Shown here: positions 36,521 to 49,600 of the stretch, one piece after another
Layout: every line of letters starts with the position of its first letter
How positions within the stretch are numbered: position 1 is the first letter of the stretch
From: Antedon mediterranea
Taxonomy: Eukaryota > Animalia > Echinodermata
DNA: 64,000 nt
NCBI RefSeq assembly: GCF_964355755.1
Contig: NC_092672.1
Span: 38,384,437 to 38,448,436 of the forward strand
Direction: 5' to 3'
The notes under the pieces: model-generated
The model's input: the letters and a program-made list of their open reading frames with translations, nothing else
Told to the model about the DNA's origin: nothing
Databases searched by the model: none
Position numbers and translations under genes: made by a program

Positions 36521-37499
36521 TTAGAAATTCATTATTAATATAATTAAATTGAATAGACTTATAGATTTTCCCCAAAAATTCCATCAAAGAGGTGGCAGTA
36601 AGGAGGGTGATGGTGTAGGCCTAGAGTAGTACATGTGCATAAACTTATCTTCACACCACCCGGTCCTTGCCCTGTGTTCAGCTCACGCTCACCGTCGACA
36701 GAGATGAATCAGTCAATAAATAAAACATTCACACAGCCTACAGCAAGGTTGCAATTAATAATTTACCTAACAGTATTTCAAATTACATTTTGCTCACTCA
36801 CATAACCAGTATACTACTTACATAATTGAGCTTCGTTATCATAAATCTGTGTTGTTTTTAGTAAGTACTTATTTCATACCACCCGCCATCATAACAGACT
36901 AAAAGTGCAATTTTCATCTTAACTATAGAGGGGGTAAAGCTGTCAAGAATATTCGTGACCAAAGAAGAGTTATAATAAATATATCTTTCGTCATGACATT
37001 ATTATTATTGAGAGGTTTTTGTTTTATATCCCATTTCGGGATCAGGAACAGAATTAAAACGCATTAATCTGGCATTTGAACTTGTGTATTCATGATTTGT
37101 CCCCAAAATAAATTCGCATCCCTGTGCCAATTATGTATTTCAATCTTTCCATTTGTTACAATAGTTAGTGACAATCTCTACTTCGTTTCCATCACGTGTT
37201 TTTCACTCGCCGATTGTCAAATCCGTGGGTGACAGCGGATAACCAACCGAAAAACACGGGTCTTCCAAATGAGCTACTAGGCTGGATAAAAGTAAAAGTT
37301 CATTTCTAACTGATAAACATAGCTTTCAGTAAATAAAAGAAAAAATGTAATGGTCTGTTTTGTTTCACCTAGTGCTTGAACCATTGACGACAATTAATAC
37401 CATACCGAAAGACACGGGTCTTCCCTCTAAGCTGAAAGTAAAAGTTAATTTTTACCCGATAAACATGGCTTTCAATCAATAAAAGAAAAGGTTTAATAG

Positions 37500-37608
37500 T
37501 CTATCATCTGAACACGGCTGCAGTCGCGTGCTCAAGTTAGTGTTTAGCGACCAACCGACCGACATAGTGAGCTGTAGGCCTAGAATCGCGTTGCTCGCGA
37601 CTAAAAAC
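37500..37608 (-). mobile_element. Possible short HINE-like remnant
   Basis: AGTCGCG / CGCGACT inverted motifs, (GACC)n-like run, terminal hairpin TCGCG..CGCGA followed by CTAAAAA. Confidence 0.3.
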
Positions 37609-38409
37609 TACGTCGGTGTTGCCAACTCCTAGAGCACCTCCCTCCTGAACCACGGACCTCTGGTATTTTCGGTTATTCACTGTATCATTAGATTAGAAAG
37701 ACGCATTTGACAATAATTTTCAAAAAATGTATTAGTTTTTAATGTACTTTACAATAAGAAACTTTTTATTTAAAAAAAAAATACTCTAAAAAGTATAATT
37801 ATTAGGCCTATGTACAATTTAAACGATAAATCGGGCAAATTAATATTAGACTACAAACAAATCAAACTTAAGAAAATATATATACTGTATATAACAGATA
37901 AGTACATGCTTAATGACGTAATTATTATAACGTTAATGGTAAGGCAATTAGTAACGTTCGGCAAGTTGTCAGGCAGACCAACATGAACAAGGTATTAATT
38001 CGTTTTGAACTAAAATAACTTTCGGGCAATTTACGGGCAAGCCTTTATCATCCATATTACATTAAATGTTAACAAACCCTGTAGCTTTTATGGATAAGGT
38101 GGAATACACGCACACGGATGGAAGACAATGAGCGAAAGACATTATACATTATGTGATTTGAAACAAAACTATTACATGCGTGAAATTAAAGAATACACAT
38201 AGATATAAAGTCTGCATCTTAGTTTGACAATAAGCACACACTTTCTGCAAAGCTGGTCCTTGTCCACGGACCACAAATAAACCATCATACACTGGAGGTC
38301 ACTGGAGGTACAGTATTATTAATCAGAATTAATTGAGATATTTAGCTTAAATATTTAGTATTTAAATATTAATTTTATGGATTTTGCTTCAGTGACATTT
38401 ACTAAAGGT

Positions 38410-38640
38410 AGCTGTACCATATCGAACTTTATGTGACAACAAATGTGATGTGCCCATATCGACACGATGACGTCATATCTCTACTATTTGGGCACATCAC
38501 CTTTTTAGGCTTAAGCTTTGTCTACATTATCAAACTTTATGTGTCAAAAAAATATGATGTGCCCATATATGGACATGATGATGTCATGTCACTACCATAT
38601 TTAAGCATAGCACTACCATATTTGGGCACATCACCTTTTT
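38410..38640. mobile_element. Two tandem partial MITE family copies
   Basis: Left TIR plus body repeated twice (~38410-38508, ~38514-38640). Confidence 0.7.
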
Positions 38641-39110
38641 AGGTTTACCAAAGAATACAAGAATTGTTTTTATATTTTAAATGTTTGTTAAATGTTATTG
38701 TTAAAATACTTCCTAATAAGGAATAACAGTCGAACATCTAATAATGCACCTTCAGAGAGAAATTATTGATTGTCACAACACACACACAGCTTGCTGTACA
38801 CATTATACTTAAATATATTTCTTGATTATTAACATCATGATATTCAAACTGATGTACATACGTTATTATATTACATAATGCATTGCCCAAAACTATTACA
38901 CTAAAATCGGTTAGTACTTTTCTACTTACAAATGATCACAAAAATAAAATACAAAACAGAATGCACAAACAACTCCTTAACATTTAAAGAAAAACACAAC
39001 AACATTTCTTAACTAAAAACAAAACCCTTTTAAATTACAACAAGAAACAGAATTGGAATGGCAATAAGGACACACAACAATGGTGTACGTGAACAAAATA
39101 AACAAAATAA

Positions 39111-39379
39111 GGCGCTAGTTCCGTTTTGCACCTGTCGTTTATTTCGACTCAAAATTGGTTAAGTAACTTTATCGTGAGTACCACACCTTAGAATTAGGCC
39201 TAAAAAATACTTTTACGAAGGAGATCACACAAAAAGTAAAAAATAAATCCTTTAAATTGATGAATTTTCAGACGTGTTTCTCGCACATTTTTAAGGTGTG
39301 GTATTCACAATAAGGTGCTTAACAATTTGGAGTCAAAAGGAAGTCGAAATAAAAACAGGTGCGAAACGGAACTAGCGCC
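39111..39379. mobile_element. MITE with 8-bp TSD (Merlin-like termini)
   Basis: TIR GGCGCTAGTTCCGTTT(T/C)GCACCTGT...; CAAAATAA at 39103-39110 and 39380-39387. Confidence 0.75.
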
Positions 39380-39500
39380 CAAAATAAACTATACAGAATA
39401 AAAAGAACAACTGCATTCTATAAACTTACATATTATAACATTGATGAAAACAAACACGATTGCAAGATTTAAATGTTTGTGCTTTTTAAATATAATATAA

Positions 39501-39676
39501 AGCTGTCTACATTATCAAACTTTATGTGACTAATGCGATGTGGCCAAATATGGACACGATGATGTCATATCACTACCATATTTTGGCATATCACTACCAT
39601 ATTTGTGCATACCACTACCATATTTGGGCACATCACACTTTTTTTGTCAAACTAGTTTGATAGTGTACACAGAGCT
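39501..39676. mobile_element. MITE family copy
   Basis: Both TIRs; three internal 21-bp units. Confidence 0.8.
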
Positions 39677-40615
39677 TTAGAAGTAATGATTACTTTTACT
39701 ATTTATTTACAGTATTATTGCTAGGCAACAATCAGTTTCTCTTTGTTTTAAATTCTTAATTTGTGCACACAATAAATTAAAATACAGAAATCTTATTAAT
39801 AAACGTATACCAAACCGTGCATTGTTTTAGGCATGTTATGTTTAAGAACAGAAATTATTTCATATCATATCATAAATATTTATGATTTACAACAAAGAGA
39901 ACTTAAAATATACTTTAATAAAACTTCAAAAAAATGTGTACTACTAGAAGAGTAAAGTATTGGATTATACAACACAGTATGATAGCAGTGTGTATTTCAT
40001 AATAAAGGTATTTATAAACCAATTATTCATTTCAATTACAGATTGCAACATGATCACATGACACAACTAAACACTATAAGATAGAATTAATAATTAATAG
40101 ATATTTTATATATATTTTTGGTACATCTTTTAGACCACTGGCCAATATCATAAGAAAGAAACCGCTAGTATCAAATTTACATTATAAAATTTCTTTTACC
40201 AAAAAAAATTCTACAAATCATGATTCGGAAATATATGCATGTTATACATGATTTTTAAGATTAATTTTTACTACCTGATTCGGAGGAAATTAAATCATTT
40301 CTTTTTCACTCAAAATATTATTTAAATTGTTAGTAAATCGTTAGTAATATCATACAGCAGCTACAAGAATTAAACCTATTTTTCCTAGAAAATCAATTAA
40401 TGTTGAAGCAGTTTTATCTTGTAATTTCATTGCCAAAACAATATTATTTGCTAATATGAATTTAGGATTCTACTCTATTATATCCTATTATTCAAATGAA
40501 TTGTCATTGCAAAGTATTTCAGAAAAAGTTAATAGTTCGGTTTGTTCTTCTGTTTCTTGCTTAAAATATTCACAATTTGGAACTTTTTATCTCCTGTACA
40601 AATCTGCAACTTTTA

Positions 40616-43600
40616 TCAATCAGCACAACTCTCATAGATACTCATTTCTTCAAACTCTGTCCAAAGATTCGCAAGACGATTATCGTGATTCGAGCAAAAC
40701 AACTTAAAATCAGTTAATAAGTGTTCAGCAAAGTTTTCATCAGATATACTAGTTGACCTCCATCGCTTTGTAAGCGTGTGATTGGTCACCCACATGAAAC
40801 CAAGGTCAGTTTGCGAATGGACATAGTCTAACATGGGATCTTGTTTACTAATTCTTCTGGCAGTTGTATTATTGCTGTTATTGTTTGTTGAGTGGACTTC
40901 AGATTCTTGAGTGAAAGGAGACACAATGACCACAGCCATTCCTGTGATGTGAATAAATTGTTGGTGTAAACTCACGGAATACGGATCGTTTCGAGTATTG
41001 CACGATAATGGACTTCTGTTTGTAGTTATATCTTCTAAAAATCCAAACCTACAATAAAAAATAAATACATTATTCATTATAAAGTTTGGATAAAACAAAC
41101 AAAATATTTAAGTCTTAAGAAAAAATTTATTTAATGAAAAAAATACTAATAGTCAATGGTAATTCCCAGAAACAAAGAAAAAGCACTTATAGTAAATGCT
41201 GCTATCAGCAATGATGACTGGAGTAAAGAAACCACACAATTACCTTTCAAGTATAAACTGTTGAAATTGTTTAATTTTCTGATCCTCTCTGGTGATCATT
41301 TCCTCCTGATCCTCTCTGGTGATCATTTCCTCCTGATGACCGTTGCATGAATTATTTGATCGTAGACTCAAGGTGTTAAGTTTGATAAATATTGGAGAAA
41401 GAAGCGGGTCTTGATTATCCGTGTCCAATCCAAATGGATCCAGTAGGATTGGTACAAGATGGAAACCACTAGAGGACGCTCTTCTACTCCATTCCTTAAC
41501 CTGCAATACAATTCATGTATTTAGCAGAATATAGTGCTATAAAAAATATTATATAACACCTAAATAAATTCCTGTCATTTGATTGGAAGATTGTGGGTCA
41601 CATGGCATGCAATAGTATGCACTATTTAATGATTACCTCTTGGTATTATTTGTACTATTCCATTCATAAAAATTCATTATTAAAGCTATTTATTCATGTT
41701 CAATAATTTATTAAAGAAAATTTAGGAAACTAAAAATGAACAAAAAAATATAACATGAGCATTTTTATGATAAATATTTTGTGCTTGAAATTAACAATAT
41801 GCAGGCCCCATCCTGTGGATTCAGGTAAATAATTTGGAACTATTTGTAAATTAGGCCCAAAATAAACCAAAAATATTAGTATTCTACAGCCTGGATACTC
41901 TCATTCAAAACCATATTATCGTTATTAATCCTTCCGGAAAGTCATTGCTCGTTTAAAAAAAGGATATATGAAAATTTATTTAAAAAAGAAAAATGTATGT
42001 ATTTTATGGACATTTATAGAGGAATACTGATTTCTTACCTGGTTGTGTAGCAGACTTGGGGTGCACACCAACCACTGTACTTCAATATCAAATGCTTGCG
42101 ATGGACAATACTTGCTATGGTAACCAACATGATACCATTCAACCCTGTCATTTAGATTACTGTCAATGGTTTGAGTTAAATTCTTATATGTGGGAGTCCA
42201 ACAAACTGAAAGACAATGTTACAAATTCAGTATTAAACTTAAAAATAAACTTAACTTCGAAAATTCATTTATAAACTTCTGGAAAAAACTATGGATTAAT
42301 TTGTTTTACATATTTCTCTAATTCAGACTCTGGAATCTAAATCAACTTTCCAATTTGGATTCATGTTCAAGGCCAAAAAGAAAAAGTAGTTGCCTTTGCA
42401 CAACATGACAGGAAAGACTAAGTACAATAATTGCAACTCACCATTGTCACGGTCCAGTGACTCAGGAGTGTTCCACCACTTCTGTTCTTCAAATGAAACT
42501 TCAAACCAATTACGTTCATGCTGGCCAGCGCTGATTGGCTCTGATAATTTGCGTCGCCATGGTAACTTCAAGACATTCTCATTTTTATCATCGTCTTGGT
42601 TGAAGTAGTAGATGTAGAATCCATATTTGAAACATTTCATATTTGGACCAGATATGCTTATGATCATTCCCTCGTCAAGAAGGTTCTGTAGTAAAATGGT
42701 TTGATTTTTAATGATTATGATTATGATTAGAAAAATATTATATAGAATAATAATTATGAATATGATGATGCTTATTATGATTTAAAATTATTTATTTCAA
42801 TCAAAGTAACAAGCTTATCAACTAAAGCTCTGTCTACACTATAAAACTTTATGTGCCTATATATGGACATGATGATATCACTATTTAAGCATATCACTAC
42901 CATATTTGGGCACTTTTTTTGTCAAACTAGTTGTGTAGACAGAGCTTTAGTCTCATTTAAGAGTTTTGAGTGAAGTAGAAACACCGATAAGTTACATCCC
43001 CTGGCACCAATTCAGGATTGAACCCTGGATCTTGGGATTGGAAGGCACCAGCCTACAGCGCCACTATTATTACACTATTAATATCTGACCTGCATTTTAT
43101 TGATAGCCTCGTAGAATGTTGAGCCATTCTCAATTGTCGCCATAAGCCATGTTACAGCTTCAGCTGCCACAAAGCTGAAACAGGGTAGCTTCTTTGAACC
43201 TGGCAAGAAATTCATTCCCTCTCTGAAAACAAAAATAGAACAAAAAATAATAATAAATAAATTATACCAGTATAAAATACTAGTCCTGTTTAGAATGAGT
43301 TGAGAAAATAATAAATGTTAAATGTATTTATTCGTCCTCCAGCTTAACTGAAAACTGAGGAAATTCGAATGAGGTCCTCCACGGACCCACAGCAGCCAGC
43401 AGTGCAGTGCCTACCAGATCAGCACACCGGGAGACAATCCCTTACTCTTTTTGAATAGTGTACAGTTAACAGTGTATACATGCACTACAGTATACGGGAC
43501 CAATAGCTTTATATCCCATCCGAAGAATGAGGCAATGAGAATAAAGCATCTTCCAATAAACCTAAAAATGACTACAATCTGTTTTTATGCATATTCCTTT

Positions 43601-46600
43601 TTATTTGTATAAAAACAAAGAATATGTTAACTATACTTACTTTCCATACTTCATTGCTGCGGTAATCTTTTCGTTTGGTGAACTTAATGTCAACTGTTCT
43701 ACTGAATTTGTGATATTATCAGTTTGCTTTGCTACATTCTCAATGGCATCTAGAACCATATGCGAAATCTCTGAATTGGACGGTGGGGCGCTGGTAGGGG
43801 TGTTTGAACCACTCCCTCTTGAGGGCCTTTTCTTTGCATCAGGAAACCCTAACCTCTGTGAAACAAATATTATAATGTGTCTGCTTAATATACACAAACC
43901 AACATTTCAAGAAGTGTCCATATTTGGGTATGATGGCATTTGTAGAATCTATACAGGTAGGGTTCTCACTAATAGACGACAAGGCTTGCTTCTGTCAGGT
44001 TGTAAGGAAACAGATTTACACGTACCGTAGGAGAACTCTGGCGTGAGCTCTGACGTGAACTTTGTCTTGATGCAGCCAACGGTGAAAGGTCAATATCTGC
44101 ATCTGGTAAGTTTACATATGAACTATTTCTAGAAATTGACCTTTGACATTTCAATCCTGGTATTGGCGAGACTGGAGAAGTTGTATATTCTTTGGAATGT
44201 AGTCGCTACAAATAAGATGGTTTTAATATAATTAGTTTTAAACGGAAACTGTATTGCAAAAACCTTCCTAATAATTATAATTTGAACTGTAATTTGATCT
44301 GATTTTAATTGGATGTGTTTTCTAATATGTTTATCTTCTTATTTTAAATGTTTTTTATTTGTTGTTTTGTCTTGCCCTGTATATGTTTGATCCTCCAAGC
44401 TGTCACCTGCGATGTTTGTTACATTCTTATGTTTTTTTATTTGAAATAAAGGATGATTTTACACATACAATAGGAAAACACCTGAAATATTAAAGCACAA
44501 AACTCTTACCGATGTTCGTCCTGTTCTTTGCGGTCGTCTTATTCGGTTAAGTCCTTCAATGAACCTGATAAAACCTTCTAATAGTTGGTGACACTGAGTC
44601 TCGTTCAGACTCTCAAAAACGTCAAACTTTGGTGAGCTGCTGGACAACTTTTTAATGTATGCAACTGGTGAGGGCAGCAAAAGAAATCTGCTTCTCCAGA
44701 ATTTCAAGGACTGCAAGTATAGAAGGAACAAAAGGCATTACTTCTTAAATCAAATTCGGATTTGCGCGGGAGAATCATTTAGAGCCCATACAAAATTACT
44801 TTTTAAAAGATTTGACGTTTTAAACATTTATGATTTAAATTAAATTAAATCCTTCACCCTGGTATTCAATAATCTCCGCTACATTGTATCGTTATACTTG
44901 TTATTATACCATATTTAATTATATTTCATATTGTACTCTAATTGTTATCATTATCCCTTTTATCATTATATTATATAATTGCCTGGTTTATCTTAACTTC
45001 TATAATTTAAATTTTTTTTTTTTTTTTTTGATTTTATGTACTTTCACTATTATATATTCATATTTTAGTCTACTCTGTAGCAATGTTAGTATACTTATAG
45101 GCATACGGGAGTCACGACTTAAAGTTCAGTGAACTTACTGTGACTTCCATCCACCCACATTTAATATATGTTATGTAAATGCAAATGATATATATATATA
45201 TATATATATATAAGTGAGTGGAAAAAAATAAATAAACGAATAAAAAATAAACGAAATACTCTACAAATCGTTCTGGGAATTGAAGTTAGAGGGACACATC
45301 ATTTCTGGTGATAGTTGTATCACTCCATTTTCACTTGTTATGTTTTGCAGAAAGGAATAAAATAAAGAATACATTCTGGTTTAAAGTATCTTGCAGTATT
45401 TGAAATAGCAATAATAGTAAAAAAATGTTTAAAAAAACAAAGAATGTTACTGTCATTTAGGTAGACTGTAGAATTTAAAATCATTTTTACAAAGCATTTA
45501 CTTAAAGTGCACACCTCTTTTAGTTCAAAATATGATGTAGGTGTCCCTCTATACGCAATGTAGCTATCTCTATGGTTCCATTCATTATTCTCAACAGGTT
45601 TGTGTCTTAGTTTGATGTTTGTAAAGAGGAAGCTATCTCTGCCTGGGTGCCATAGGTTGTAGTTGTATACTAACTCTGGTAACTTCTTTTCATATCTATA
45701 AACATAACAATCAAAAAATCAATCAATCATTTATTTCCTTTATTCATAAACAAACATAAATATAACAATAATAATTTTTTTTACAATATGCAAAGCTTGT
45801 ACCTCAAATCAAACTTAATTACGACTACAGAAGAGTGTTACTTCTAAGTATAAGCATATTAACTAGATCCAATGGAGGTTACTGAACAACAAGTCTCAGA
45901 GACAGGATCTGCCTAAACTATCAAACTTTATGTAACAAAAAAATGTGATGTGTCCATACATGGATCCGATGACATCTTATCAATACCATATTTGGGCATA
46001 TCACTAACGTATTTGGCCATATCACTACCATATTTGGCCATATCACCACCATATTTAGCCATATCAATACCATATTTGGCCATATCACTAACATATTTGG
46101 GCACACCCCACTTGATCAAACCTTCAAATAAAACATAAAACCTTTAAAAAAATTGTTTATATTATAATTACAATAATTACCTTGGTGTGTATCTGATTAC
46201 ATCAATACTGTTATCTGGGCTCAAAGAAATACTGTGGAATGTACTTCCATAGCTCAGCACACACAGATTCTAAATTACATAAAAATTAAATATTGGAATT
46301 GCTTTACACCAAAGTACATATATAGTTGATGTCACCATGGAGAAATAAGTTGTCACAATTTTAAGGTTATATTCAAATTCAACATTCTTACAGTAAATAA
46401 CGAACACACAACCTGTAGAGGAAGACATGAGAGTGTTGGTAACCATCCCATATGTTCACAGCCTATCAGATAAGATTAGGAGAACACTTAAAAACTATAG
46501 TGTACGAACATACTTTAAACCATCCTTACAGAAGTATTTTATTGCTCAAAAGAACCCCAACTTACTTTTTTCTCATTTGTAACAAGTGAGCCTCTGTTCC

Positions 46601-49600
46601 CAGATAATGACAAGCAGTCACTGCCCTCATCAGGTGAAACAACAAGCTGAAAATCCTGCCAGAAAACAACATTACAAATATTCACATGAAATACTGTAAT
46701 ACTAATTTAATAATGCATTTCTCAGTATTCAAAGGGGTGCTCCTACGATCACATTCAGACACTATGTGAGTAATATAAAAGTGACTATACGATGCACAAG
46801 TGAGCTAGGAATATTAAAATATATAGGTTTAGGCATCACATATTCCATTCCCTAGTAATATTAGTGGCGGAACCAGGATTTAGAAATAGGAGGCACCAGG
46901 GCCTAAAAATGGTGAAATGAAGGGCTGAGCTTAATTTGATGTCCTATCTTTTGCATTACAATTCATGAAATTTAGAGGTGCTCCCACTTGGATCCACTGC
47001 TACGGTATTAATGTATTAATGTAAATAAAAATTATATAATTGCACCTGTATTAGACGTTGAGAGACAAGCTCCTTAAAGACAGCCGCTGTTGTCATTGTG
47101 TTCATGGATGTTGTATCATCCACTGCTATGGAGTAATTCCCCTCAAAATAGTCACTTTGTAGAGCGCATTTGTCCGGAAAGAAATCCGTAGTAATCGGGA
47201 AGCATGCAGTGATGGTTAGCGACTTTCGATCAAGACCTAAAGGTTAAACATGTATTTTAGAAACGAAAATTGTAATATTTTATCATTTTCTATTCTTCTT
47301 TATAACATTATTCTCATTTGTGAGTTTATTTCAAACTTTAGCGTTAGTGGAATGTATATTTAAAAACCAGACATCCGAGTGTGGAGCTTTCGCTAAATGA
47401 TATCTCTTACAAACTGATATACCTGATGAAATAGAGTAAGCCATACCTGTTAAGGTGAAGGGGGTCAGAGCCTGTTCCCCCGTAATTCCCCATGCACATC
47501 CAATCCGTCGTTTCAGATCAATACGATCAAGAACAGTCTGAGAGTCTGAAAAAAATAACAAATAGAATTTAGTATGACAAATAGTGTGTGTGTAGATAAC
47601 TTCTGCATATTTTAGGATCACAAAAATGTACCTTTTTATTAATAAATAAATACAATTACCTAACATGCATTCAACTTTCCAATGAATACAATTATAATAT
47701 ATTATATAAATATTATTATATATTATAAATTATTTTAATTACCATGGTGATCGTCACTCTCACTTTCATCCGTGGCAGACAGGTGGATAGACTCGCTAGA
47801 CGACGTGAGTAGAGAATGGCCATCGTCGCAAGGTTGTGTTGTTGTCCGCCAACGTTGTGCGTGTACAGGAGTTGATGTATTACTTGCTTGATGTTGAAAT
47901 TGAATCACCTCTCCAGATGGACCTTTAAATATTTATTTTAAAATAAATGAACTGATATTTATGTTTAAAGGATGTTAAAGCAGGTATAAGTGCAGTGTGT
48001 ATATAGAACAATGAACAATGTCACAACATCCACATTGTTTTCCTATTTTAACATTGTTGTTTGTACAATTTGATGTATTTTCTTGTAGTTTTATTGAATC
48101 TCAAATGTAGGAAAGACAACAAAATATTATGTGAGAATGGAATGTTGTAACATAAACAAGAGTAAAATTTATACCCATACCATGGGGGTAGACATGGGTC
48201 CATCTTCGTCGATCTGGTGTAAGCTTTGTCGTCAAGGTGGTAGGCGAGAAAGGATTCATCGTTGGCGGAAAATTCTTATTTTTTGAGGATTTCTTTTTTC
48301 CAAATGAAAACACATTGCCATCGTACGTATCATAGGGGTCATAGTTCACATCTTGCTCTAATTCACTAGGTGGACAGTTAGGTAAACCTAAGTATTGAGG
48401 TAGGTCATATTCATTGCCTGCTAAATGCAGATAGTCATCATTTATTTTGTTCTGAAAATGAAAATGGAAAAAAGAAAGATTTATCTTTAAATATAACTTT
48501 AGGATTTAGATGCTATACGGGTCAATTTTTAGGATAATGACCAAAACCACAAAACATTGTTTTCTCTTATTTTGCTAATACAATTTGCTCTCAATACTGG
48601 ACACCTTTGGATGGCCTAAAATGTCTGCTTTTCCGGAGAGTCTGGTATTAGGAATGTGTTTCTAATGGTAAAAATGAATTTGGGACCTTTTGGACCTAAA
48701 AAAAAATCTGAAATTAGGAGAGTTTCTGTTTTTCAGAGAGTCCGATATTGGGAGAGTCGACTTTAGTAACTTTCTAAGTAATAGTATTATTTTGTAAAGC
48801 ACAAAAAACAAAAGACGCTGTACAAACAAGTGAAAGATATCAAGGAAAATTGAAGATCATGCTGAAGTCCCTTAATAAGTACCACTTAAGTCTAGCCATA
48901 CCTTTGGTTTTCTGTTAGGCTGTAATGTCCTGGGTGTAAAGGTGTTACTGTAGCGTTTCTTACTTTTAGATATATAAAAACTGTAGTTAATCCAGTGAGG
49001 AATGTGATAAATATCGGAATAGTTTTGAGCCACCTCTGGATTGGCATCTATAAACTAAAAACAAAATAACAAAATTTAATTATCCATATTAAGTTCGACG
49101 GTTTGTTTAAATTCAATTAAATATTTTTGTAAGAGTCTCAGCTTAAAAGCTTTCTTATCTAGAGTTCCCTTTTCCATAAATATTTGATGACATCTTTGTA
49201 CAAATTATTATTAGTTTTATGGAATAAATTGATTTTGATTGATTGATTCATTTTGGTTAATCAAAATGGTTTAATTACCTTAAGTAATGGTACAGCATGG
49301 AGAGGTTGTTCACCCAAGCACACTAGATCACTTCCAATACCTTGTAAAAGAATGTAAATAAAATCATTAGCAATTTACAGACTGTAATTTCTCTTACAAA
49401 CTTTATAGAATTATGTTTTTTTTTCAGCATGTATTGCCAAGAACACATACCATAATCTATCATTCTTGATTGCGAAAGTTCACAAAGTTGCCGATCGACC
49501 TCAAACACACCGTTACCAGGTGTTACGAATACTACAACTTGCCCAGTCCTTTCAAAGTTACGATTTGAGTAATGGTTATCAAAAACTAAAGAAAAAAAAA

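Noticed and set aside
42110-42570. X-box-like motifs TTGCTATGGTAAC and GTCGCCATGGTAAC
   Set aside because: Both lie inside DEPDC5 coding exons and are explained by codon content.
45921-46138. Three overlapping 7-aa periodic ORFs
   Set aside because: Translations of the 21-bp MITE internal repeat.
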